A stretch of 61,914 nucleotides of DNA, the filler included, from Pirum gemmata (taxonomy: Eukaryota), in assembly GCA_002812295.1 (NCBI GenBank). It is 21 parts of 21 records of this genome, joined end to end, with 100 filler letters (N's around TTAATTAATTAA, not from the genome) between each part and the next. Parts side by side here need not be neighbours in the genome. Positions count along the whole stretch, not along the records: positions 38,154 to 41,851 come from PDIN01004659.1; positions 41,952 to 44,716 come from PDIN01004660.1; positions 44,817 to 47,612 come from PDIN01004661.1; positions 47,713 to 50,489 come from PDIN01004662.1; 17 more parts are not named here. One strand, 5' to 3'. The notes beneath the pieces were generated by a model. That model was not told the origin of the DNA, did no database searches, and worked only from the letters and a program-made list of their open reading frames with translations. Position 1 is the stretch's first letter. Every line of letters begins with the position of its first letter. Below are positions 39,178-50,329 of this stretch, one piece after another. A program made the translations under genes and the position numbers.

Positions 39178-41851
39178 GTTTTTACTATCACCCAATTGTG
39201 TTGAATATACTTCTTATGGCACCTACATAGTGAAGCACAAGTCCTTGGTTTTATGTTTTAACAATTATATACGAAAGTACCACTTTGAAGAGTTGCTTAA
39301 AATGTACAAGGAGAATTACAATAACAGAATGAAAGAAATTGGATATAATGGAAAAGACAAATCAGTTAAAAATACTATGGGCCGTGCTGTTATAAAACTA
39401 ATCACTAACAAAGAAAAAAAGGCCAAACGATGTGTAAATTACATTGTTGGTAATTTAGTTAACGACGTTTTAGATCGTTTAGTAGAAATCGTCAAATTCT
39501 CTGATTGTTCTGGTTTTAAAAAAATCCCGAATGATACCAAAGAGTCATTATTGCAGCGCATTGCTGTGAGTAAATCCTTCATGAAACATAGTCTCATTAA
39601 TCATTTCCGAAGTGATCCCGCTGTGGCAGCCCATAATCCACTATATGCACTTTCTTCTATTCAAGACAATTTAGATGAATTTTGTAACTCCCACAACAAC
39701 AGCAATTGCAATCACTGCAAAGTCCCTTTTATCTTAGTAGATGACATTGAAAAACTATTCAGCCCTTACAATGACTCTGTGTCCAAGTTTTGTGGGAAAG
39801 CTCGAAAATGTTTACACCTATTTTATGGATATCAAGTAAGGAAAATGGCACAGCGATTAGAGTATGAGAAAATATTCCAAGGATTGAAGGATTGGGTAAA
39901 GGAAAACAAAAGGGATTGCCCATCTATTATCATAGTTGTGGATTGGAAAGAAAAGTGGGAAGCTAAATACTCAGAAGAAAAAACAACACAAAATTTCAAA
40001 AAACGTGGGTTGTCTTGGAACGGGTCACTTATTAAACTTTTTTGTTATGATGAAGAATCGGATGATGTTGTAGTAAAAGAGTTTTCATTCCATGATATCA
40101 TGAACAATGATAACAAACAGGATTCTTTTGCCTCTGCAGCCGCTTTTGAGTTGGTTTTAGAAAGAGTGAAATATATGTATCCCCATGTAGAAAAAGTAGT
40201 TTTGGTATCTGATAATGCGTCCAACTATTCTGCTGCTATTGCACTACTTTACTTTGTTATTGTTGGTTATATCTGTGGCATCCTTGTAAGTACCTATTTC
40301 CACTTCGTAGAGCAAGACGGCAAATCAACATTGGATTTGATATTTGGTTTAATACAAACAGCACTAGAAAGGTTACTAAAACATAGGAATTTAGCATCGC
40401 CAGCACAGCTACATGTTGGTATCGATTTAGCCAATGTAAAAAACACATTTTCTGGTCTTTTCGATATTAATAGAGAATGGGAGAAAGAAGTACAAAATAG
40501 GTTAAAACTTTACATTGAAAAGCTGGATAATTTTTTAAAACGAAGTAGGTTTGGTTTAGTTGAATTTACATATCCCAATTTACAGTCTCCTTCTTGTGAA
40601 AACAATTTTGAAAATTTGAAACAGTTATCTTATAGTTTCAAAGCTTACAAATATGGGAAATTGTTTCATCCTGTTGTGTGCAATATTGATTTCTCTTATC
40701 TTGATTGTAATGTGCTACCTGACCAGGCCTTTCATATGGCATTTGGCGAGCAAGTTGATTTGGAAGAAGACGAATTTGATGATTTACTTGAAATGGCACA
40801 AGAAGAAGACACAGGGTTAGTGTTAGAAAAAGAACCCACAGAAGAAGGACCCACAGCAGCACCGACACAAATACATGAAGATAATGAAGATGATGATGAA
40901 GATGATGATGAAGATGATGATGAAGATGATGAAGATGGTGTTATTGAAACCGAGGGAATATCAGCACGTTTATATCAAAAAAGCACAAGAGAATTTGCCG
41001 TGTTTGATGGAACTAAAATTTCCACCACGCATTTCACACAAGCTAAATTATGGAATGGGAAAACGGTTATGAAGCTAGCTCATCGATGGAAGGTCTCTGA
41101 AAAGTCTAACACTAGTGTGAAAAGAAAACCAGTACCATTTTGTACGGATTCTGATCATGAAGATATAATTTCTATATGTCTTAAATACGCCCATGAAATA
41201 ACTTCTTCACAGGATGAAGAAAATGTCATTACTACGCAGTATACTGATTCAGGAATATCTTTGATTAAGCCCTTAACACGTGTACAAAATTATGAATACC
41301 CTGGTAATTTTTTTCGTCAAGGGTATGCAAAGAGAGCAACTTCCAACTCTTTTGGTCCCCCAGATACCGAAGAATTTATCGAAACTATCGCTGAGTACAC
41401 TAGACGGGGTGCTGCCAATCCAGCAGCGAAAATGTCTTCTTATGCGATGCTGGATAACTTAAGAATTTTACATCCTAATCGATTCGACATGCCGTTTGAT
41501 TATCATATTGCTTTAGTAGTGGTAAGGATATTGCGTAGAATAAAGAAGGGAGACAGCAATAACAAAAAAACTGGCTTACCTATAGTTCTGGAAGATATTG
41601 TTGAAGTGCACTTGGAACAATGTATTGCTGATGGAATCAAGAACATTACAATGGGGGATTTACTAATGGTAATGTTTGGTTTGCCAAAAAAGAAGTCCAA
41701 CAGAACAGACAAACATCAAACAAAGGAAAATTTTATACTTCATACACAAAAATATAAAGATATACGCGCTCAACTGAAAGATCCAATTGGAAGTGATGAG
41801 AAGAAAGAGGAGGCTTTGGTAGAAAAACTTATAAAACAAATAGGTAACTGG
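39178..41851 (+). mobile_element. Sola3-like DDD transposase, large open exon (5' exon(s) and 3' end not in contig)
   Basis: AG acceptor at 39176-39177, then about 890 open codons: FLLSPNCV..YG.., VVDWKEKW...E...NFKKRGLSWNG (D 39941), KQDS, LVSDNASNY (D 40211), EQDGKSTLD (D 40334), and C-terminal GYAKR...G...KMS. This matches the motif order I recall for Sola3 transposases. Confidence 0.75.
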
Positions 41852-42634
41852 NNNNNNNNNNNNNNNNNNNNNNNNNNNNNNNNNNNNNNNNNNNNTTAAT
41901 TAATTAANNNNNNNNNNNNNNNNNNNNNNNNNNNNNNNNNNNNNNNNNNNNACTACTACTACTACTACTACTACTACTATTACAACTAAAAAAAACCTTC
42001 AACACGCTTCGCTAAATACTTAGAATGCTTTAGTGGGATTCTTTCCGTGCCCATAATTAATTAATTAATTAAAATGCTGTTTAATTAAAAAGACTTTCTA
42101 AGAGCATCTACGAATTTGCAGTTTTTGCGAGTATACATATATAATGTTATGGTATATGATGGCAATATTCTTTTATTCTATATCCCACCTTTTAGAAATA
42201 CTTTTATCATATTATTATTACGACAACTACACTCTTGCTGGGTCCTAGACTCCTAGCTACTAGCTAGCTAGCTAGCTAGCTCTAGCTGCGATATCAGCTA
42301 TACGTATGTATCGATAGTAGTAGTACTCGGGTAGTCAAGAATCTAGGCGAGAACCCCCGAGAGCTCCGGGTCTAGTAGTAGTAGCTAGTGTCACCCGTGT
42401 AGACTTTTTTTTGTCTACACGTAACACGCAGACGTAACACGGTCCCTAAAAAGTCCATCCATGTGTTTCTATACAGCTGTTTCTATATCAGCCCCAGCCA
42501 GTCTTAGATAATCGTTTGCGCGCAACTACTAATTTTCCGCACTCGATGTCATTTTCATTTTTATTTTTTATTTATTTTTTTCTTTTATTTTCTTATTATA
42601 CCTTATTTTTTATTTATTATCATATAAATAAAAA

Positions 42635-43345
42635 ATTATTATTACCAACCCCAAACCACTAGGATAATACTAGGATATCACCTTGATAAAGATCTTAATT
42701 ACGAATATCACCTTTCACAAATCACAGCCAAACTGAATAACAAGCTTTGCTTCTTATTTAGATTGAAAGGTACGAATTGGGGTGCAAACCCGATATTATA
42801 ACACTACTAACTACGAACATACAAATCTTTACTGCGCTCAATCACTGACTACTCAGCACTAGCCATCCTAATGATGTCACCAAGTGACCTGAAACAACTA
42901 GAAGTAATACAAAACAAAGCAATGAGACTAATCACTAATACACGCCAAGTAGACCGTATCAAAATTACCACATTACACAATTTAACAGCTCTACCAACAA
43001 TTGAAGATCAATAGCACTAGTGCACAAGTATCTAAACCAAGCAACAAACCACAATACCCCAATAATCGAACTATTACATTGCTACTACAACAATGGTATT
43101 AGCCGCAATATGAAAGAAGGGCGAGCTTATGACAAAAACAATAGTAAATCACCAACAACACTAATAGGCATCATGAATGAAACAACCAAAATGAAAGACA
43201 AGAGATACTCTAAAGAAAAAATAGCAGCACTCTAAAAAATTACTACATCATTTACACCTTTCAATAACCAATGGGCTGAACACAACAAATTGAAAGGGTG
43301 CTAGACCTGGCCATTGCCGGGGAGACACCCCGAGACCCAGATATT
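42635..43345 (+). mobile_element. 5'-truncated, decayed non-LTR retrotransposon (LINE, I/Jockey-like group): RT C-terminus plus 3' UTR
   Basis: LGYHLDKDLNYEYHL...RLKGTNWGANP..*..RTYKSLLRSITDY...LEVIQNKAMRLI...LHNLTALPTIE with stops and a frameshift, continuing in ORF 43020-43235. GC-rich structured tail at 43296-43338. Confidence 0.85.
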
Positions 43346-45019
43346 AAAACAGTTGTATATTTGTACTGGGTAAAAGAGATTTTCTTAGTGTTTGTCAGGC
43401 TTTTGAACAAATGTTGTTTTCTTTATCTAACTCTTTCACATATTATACTCATCAGAGCATTAGTTTTGACTGTTACGTTGCCGATAATTATGATCAATTT
43501 TAGAAATACTACCGTTTATATATTATCAGAGAAAAGGTTTATAATTTTAATTAAAAGATCCCAAAGTTCTTACCAACATCAAAATTAAAAATTTCGTTGA
43601 ACCACTTGGTTTTATTTTTGATGAAACGGACGTGTTATTACTCCAAAAAAGTATAAAAAGTTTTTGCAAGCAAGTTATTGAGATTGAACGTACTGAGATT
43701 AAGAAGTATATTAAATTTGTTAGATTTCTTGCTGGTTGTTTATGGGGTGCAGTTAACCAATTTGGTATTCAATCGTATAGAGAAGAAGTAATAGTTAATA
43801 TAGTTTATATTTCCTTTCCCGGACAAGAGCCACGACATTTTAATAGTTTGACACACTTGTGAATTTAGATATAATATTAATATACAGTTTGTATCAGTTT
43901 TATGTAATATTAAGAGTGAACCAACTAATGGAATTATGACATTGTGTAATGATACATTATTACTGACTTATTTAAAATATGTAGTAAATTCAAATGATGT
44001 AGGTGGACTAATTGTTTTTGAAAACTGATGTACAAATTTCTAACATTGAAAAGGTGAATTCTTTATTTCTTCAAAACAAAAAAGAACTGGACTATGCAAA
44101 CCACTGCATCATATCATTTAACGATGTTATTGAAGTTTATGTATTTTCGAAAGAAATTTTTGCTAATTTGAAAACTTTTTTTGTATTAAAAAATAGTAGA
44201 TAAAATTTTTGTCGACGTTCGTAGTAGGGAAATATTTAAATTGCAGTGCGGTTTTTAATGAAATCATCAATGTATTATATGAATCTTCTTTCTTTAGCAA
44301 AATCTTTTGTGTATCCTTTACAGCATTCTTTTATGGATCTACTTTTTCGAGTTCGAATTTGGAATTTCATCACAAGTATGTTTTTTTACTGTTTTTTTAT
44401 TGCTCAGTGAAACAGCTAGAAAATAATGGAATTACTGCTTGTTGTGAAACTTTTTCTAATATATGCTCACGACAAGCTGGAAATGGAAATTTTTATTTGT
44501 TTACTAATGTCATAGTAATGTTTTCCATTTTTTTGTGTATTATAATTTTAAATTATTTTGTATGTATATATAATTTAAATAGTATAGATGAGCTATAAAT
44601 GTTAGAATTTGAGGTATTTTTGTTAGATATTGGTTCTTTTTAATTATCAAATTAAAAATATCTACTTTCATTTTATATATTAACAAATAGTATAAAACAA
44701 TTTCTTAATATTTATTNNNNNNNNNNNNNNNNNNNNNNNNNNNNNNNNNNNNNNNNNNNNTTAATTAATTAANNNNNNNNNNNNNNNNNNNNNNNNNNNN
44801 NNNNNNNNNNNNNNNNTTAATGACACACATTGGTTTTTTCTACTTACTATTTCATAATAACAAAAAGACCAATAAAAGGCAATGACTTTTATTATTATTA
44901 TTGACACACATCGCACTACTATAATATAATAATAATAATAATAATAACAAAAAGAACAATAATATTTTTTTAAAAGGCAATGACTTTTATTACCTCGCAC
45001 TACTACTGGCTAGCTAGTA

Positions 45020-45723
45020 TCACAATCCGACTCCTATTTCTACATATCTTTCTGGTTCTACTAATAAAGGTTGGGAACTTTCATTATTATTGATTTGCTT
45101 TTTTCTACTTACTATTTCATAATAATCAGCATCATCATCAATGATATTAGAATGAGCACTGTTAGAGGCTGAAGCTGAACAGCTCTCTGCACATGTTCCC
45201 TTGTCCTTTACCCTGCTACTACTACCATTCACCACTTGACAATAATCGTAATCTTCAGCATCGTATTTAATATTAGTTACCTCACTATAACCTTCAGGTT
45301 GAAAAATAGAATCACTACTATTTACTCTACTTTCTACAATACTTCCTGTGATATCAAAATTATTAACATCAACCCCAGCTGTATACGTAGCTACTTCCTC
45401 GTTTTCAGATCTAGTAGTATGATTAACATAAACACTAGAATTTCGATTATAACCACCATAAACATACAACAAAGCTCTACTATGAACATTATTATTTAGA
45501 TCACTATCTAACAACTGTAAATCCGTATTAATACGTCCAGATTTAGTTCTGACCATATATTCCTGGTCGGATTGCATTTCTGGTGCAGTGGGTCCCATTA
45601 CAAATTCTTTCGCGGTCATTCCGTATAACTTTTTTTCTGCTTCCTTTTTTTCATGTCGTCTATACTTAAAAAAGGCAATGATAACAAAACCAACGCACAT
45701 GATCACTGAACCCATAGTGATAC
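45020..45723 (-). CDS. Terminal exon of a single-pass membrane protein with a Tyr-rich cytoplasmic tail
   Basis: AG acceptor at 45725-45724, then GITMGSVIMCVGFVIIAFF followed by the stop-transfer KYRRHEKK. The disordered tail has many Tyr motifs (YMV, YVN, YSEV, YDY, YYEIV, YVEI). Confidence 0.7.
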
Positions 45724-45724
45724 C

Positions 45725-45773
<49 letters not shown>

Positions 45774-45775
45774 TA

Positions 45776-46200
45776 CCCTTTATTATGTATTTAATTGATA
45801 CTTTTTTCAAAAAAAAAAAATACGACTAATAAAAGACAATGGGTTCTATTTAAATTTTAATGACTTTTATTATTTTATATGACTTTTATTATTTTATATG
45901 ACTTTATTATTATTATTATTATTATTTGCCCTTTATTATGTATTTAATTGATACTTTTTTCAAAAAAAAAAATAATACGACTAATAAAAGACAATGGGTT
46001 CTATTTAAATTTTAATGTCTTTTATTATTTTATGACTTTTATTATTTTATATGACTTTTTTATTATTATTATTATTTTTTGTCCTTTATTATGTATTTAA
46101 ATGATACTTTTTTCAAAAAAAATAATAATACGACTAATAAAAGGCAATGGCTTCTATTTAAACTTTAATGACTTTTATTATTTTATATGGCCGTACTGAA
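45776..46200. repeat. Tandem repeat, about 153-bp unit, about 3 copies
   Basis: CCTTTATTATGTATTTAATTGATACTTTTTTCAAAA...TACGACTAATAAAAGACAATGGGTTCTATTTAAA repeated. Confidence 0.85.
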
Positions 46201-47120
46201 AGTTAACGTGTATTTTTTCTTGCTCTTTAATCCTTTTCAATGACTTCCATTTTAATTTTAATGACTTTTATTATTCTATATGGCCGTACTGAAAGTTAAC
46301 GCGCATTTTTTCTTCCTTTTTCTTCCTTTTCAAATAATGTTTTTGTGTTTTTGTGTTGTGTTGTGTTTTTTGTGTTGTGTTGTGTTTTTTGTGTAGTGTA
46401 GTGTTCTTTTTTTAAAAAAATCAATTATTTTTGGTTTGTTTTGGGTTGTGTTGTGTTGTGTTGTTCTGTTTTGTTTTTTTTTTAAAATATAATTAATAAT
46501 AATAAGAATAATAATAATAATAATTTATAATAATAATAATAAAAAGACCAATAATAAAAGGCAATGACTTTTATTATTATTATTATTGACACACATCGCA
46601 CTACTACTACTGGGAGATGTGAGAAAAAACATTTTCGAAATTTTTCGATCTAATTTTAATTCAAAAAATTCTTAAAGATTCCACAAAAATTCTTAGAAAT
46701 TTCATAGAAAAACTGGAAACTCGAAAAAAAAAAATAATACTTTACATTTCAAAATTGTCACTATTTTTAATAATTAGGATCGAGCTACTTTGATTCGATT
46801 ATGGGGTAATTTACAATAATAACAAAAAGACCAATAACAAAAGGCAGGCAATGCCTTTTATTATTATTATTGACACACATCGCACTACTACTACTAGAGA
46901 AAAAACATTTTTTGAAAATTTTCGATCTAATTTAAATTCATTAAATTTTTTTAAAAAAAAGATCCCACGAAAATTCTTACATTCTTAGAAATTTCATAGA
47001 AAAACTTGAATCTCGAAAAAAAAAATAATAATTTACATTTCAAAATTGTTACTATTTTTAATAATTAGGATAGAGCTGCTTTGATTCGATTATGGCTTCC
47101 CTGCTGGTCCTTGGTATAAT

Positions 47121-47440
47121 AATCCGACACCCATTTTCTACATATTTTTCTGGCTCTACAGCCTCTACTACAATTGTCCTCACAATCTTTAATTTGGTAC
47201 TGTTTAAGTGTATAATTGAACTTGTTTCACTTTATAAAATACCAAATTAATTAAAACATTTCTGATAGTTTAACCATAATAACAATTTGGTACGTTTATT
47301 TCAGTTTTTGAACTGGACAACACCATTGAAAAACACTATAATAAAGGTTGGGTTAGGGTTAAGGTTAGGGTTATGGAACTTTTAAAAGAATTTAAATTAT
47401 TATCGGTTTGGTTTTTTCTACTTACTATTTCATAATAACA
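47121..47440 (-). pseudogene. Disrupted paralogous copy of the 3' end of the 45020-45723 exon
   Basis: AATCCGACACCCATTTTCTACATATTTTTCTGGCTCTAC matches 45023-45061, and ATAAAGGTTGG...GAACTTT...TTTTTTCTACTTACTATTTCATAATAA matches 45064-45125. Interrupted by a family A MITE and a TTAGGG tract. Confidence 0.7.
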
Positions 47441-48091
47441 AAAAGACCATTAAAAGGCAATGACTTTTATTATTATTATTGACACACATTGGTTTTTCTG
47501 CTTACTATTTCATAATAACAAAAACACCAATAAAAGGCAATGACTTTTATTATTATTATTGACACACATTGGTTTTTTCTACTTACTATTCATAATAACA
47601 AAAAGACCAATANNNNNNNNNNNNNNNNNNNNNNNNNNNNNNNNNNNNNNNNNNNNTTAATTAATTAANNNNNNNNNNNNNNNNNNNNNNNNNNNNNNNN
47701 NNNNNNNNNNNNATAATTATTATTATTATTATTCATTAGCATCATCATCATCACTAGCATTGCTGTATCATTATCACAATTAATATTATTATTATTTTTA
47801 TCATAGTAATGACTAGTTTTATTATTTTTGTATTATCAAGACTGTGATTTCAATGATAAAGTCTTAGTTTTACATTCTTTGTAATATTAATACTATAATC
47901 AATTTTGATATGTACCTTATAATTATAGGGACACGTAGCCCTTTGATTATCTAGTGCCACTAGCTAAATATTGTTAACAATGACCGATTGTGTTTGTCAC
48001 ATAATAATATGTTAGACTGTGTATTCTTATTATTCTAAGGCTTTCTATACCATAAGCTAATCCTTTAACTCTTATCCTCAAATAAAATTAG

Positions 48092-50329
48092 GTACACTGA
48101 GGGAAGATCAAAACGAGGAAGTCATGTATCATTAGTTCCATATGCTGTATTAATAAGAATATTCAAATATCTAGACGTAGTAAGTTTAATATCGGCTACC
48201 TGTGTTAACAAGGAATGGAGGTAATTTTACTAATTCATTTTTAAAATGTGCAAGCTTAAGATCTAGAATTTCTTAGTATTGTACAAATTGTCGTAAGCAA
48301 TTAATAGATATAAAAAAATCAATTTGCAATTGTGAAACAAATTGGTAGCACAGATTATTAAATACGCAATAGTTTTTAAAACCCGATTTTTCATTTGTCA
48401 TTTGTTTTTCATAATTATAGGTCTGTTGGGAATGATTCAATGCTTTGGGAAAGGTTGTGGAGAGCTCAAAAGTGGAATCCCTCGGTAATTTATACAGATC
48501 TAGATACGATCTGTAATATACTAATATTATATGGGACATTTAAAATAATAAGATATATATATATTGAATGGTTAAAAATGGTAATAATAGTATTTAATAA
48601 GTAAATAATTTGTATATATACATTCAATATTACTATATATATCCTCAAAAGCCTTCAGATAAAGAGTTGATGCAAAAAAAAAAGTGGAAATTGCTTTGTT
48701 TAAAATCTTTGAAAATAGAAAAAAATTGGGTACAAGGAGAATATTTTGTTGATAGTCTAAACGGTCATCGAGACAGGTATTATACTATTGCTTTATTTAT
48801 ATTAGTTATTTAAACACACTTGTCTTAAGCTTAAATAATAGCTCTATAATAACTCCTTATCATGAAGTTTACAATTCCAATAACCATAAACACAAGATTA
48901 TTGGTATCGAAATTCTAACCCTAACTCTAACCCTATAACCTTAACTCGGTTAATATAAGGTAACTAACTAACTTCAAAATAAGAAAGGATGAAAGAAGAA
49001 TGAATAAAAGATATTAAATATTAAATTTGAGAATTTATTTGAATATAAATCAGTCGATAACACATTAATCATAATATAAATAACAGTAACGCTTTAATCA
49101 TAATAAAATAACTATGATAACTACTACTATCACTTCTACTAATAATAATAATAAAAAAATTAGTGTAACTTGTCTGCAATTTGACAATGAAATTATTGTT
49201 TCAGGCAGTGATGATTCAGATATAATTGTGTGGGATGCTAACTCTCGTGAAATAATTACTAGATTACGAGATCACGGGCACATGTTAACCTGCTTAAAAG
49301 TACTAACTAACTACTTAATCTAAAATTCCTAACCCTAATCCTTACTCAACCGTAACCCTCTAGCCTTAACCCTAATTATAATCCTAACCCCTACCTTAAC
49401 CCCCCTAACCCTAACCTTAGCCCTAACTCAATCCCAACCCTAACTCTAACCCTAACCCTAACCCTGTAACCCTAACCCTAACCCTAACCCTAGCCCTAGC
49501 CCTAGCCCTAGCCCTAGCCCTAACCATCCATACGAAAACAACTACAACTACAACTTCTACTCACAGTTCTATAACAACTACTGCACCAATACAGAAGCCA
49601 TTCACAATCAATATCTACTACAACCAAAAGACTATTCGAACATACCCTCACTAATAGCGATTGATATTTTTTAAAAATTAAATAATAATAGTTGACAAAA
49701 AATAAACTTATTTCTGGCTCATGGGATGGAACTTGTAAAATTTGGAAACGTTTTCCTGGTGGTCGGTTTCAGTACGATAGGACTTTGTCAGACCCAACTA
49801 TAAATTCTGGAGTTTTATGTATAGCATACAACAATGGAAAGTATCTACTAACAGGTTTTTAATATTTATTTGTTTTCTGTAAAGTTTGAAAAACATAAAA
49901 ACATCCTTAAATTTCATTTTGTTTCATAATGTGTGGTTATTTTTTTATTTTACTTAATTGAATACATCTAAATCGGCAAAGCAAAAATTAGTTGCATATT
50001 CCAGTTTTGGAACAAAAAACTCTCATTTAAAATATATTCTTTATAAAATATTGATCATTTTTGAACGATCATTTTTGAACATTTTTGAACTTATGGCTTA
50101 CAAAATATAAATTTCCGAATCTTCAATTATTTTCGAGTTTTGAGTTTCACTTTCGAGTTTTTTGTTTGAATGTACAACCAGCTACAAAAGTAGTTTAAAT
50201 TTATAAAAACCGATTATAAAACAAAAGAGCTTAGCATTGTTTTCAATGGTTAATTACATACTTCATAAATTAATTTTTCTAGGTTCATTTGATAACACAA
50301 TCAGGATTTTTGATTTAAGCACAGGCCAG
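48092..50329 (+). CDS. F-box/WD40-repeat protein (Fbw7/Cdc4/beta-TrCP-like architecture), six internal exons
   Basis: Exons 48092-48220, 48421-48484, 48652-48776, 49164-49299, 49692-49854, 50283-50329 are in phase. F-box VPYAVLIRIFKYLDVVSLISATCVNKEWRSVGNDSMLW, then WD40 repeats LNGHRDSVTCLQFDNEIIVSGSDDSDIIVWD, LISGSWDGTCKIWK and LLTGSFDNTIRIFD. Confidence 0.93.

Noticed and set aside
34500..44716. One large composite mobile island (collagen + fibre + HNH + Sola + LINE)
   Set aside because: It spans four separate contigs split by artificial linkers, so the neighbourhood is not evidence of linkage.
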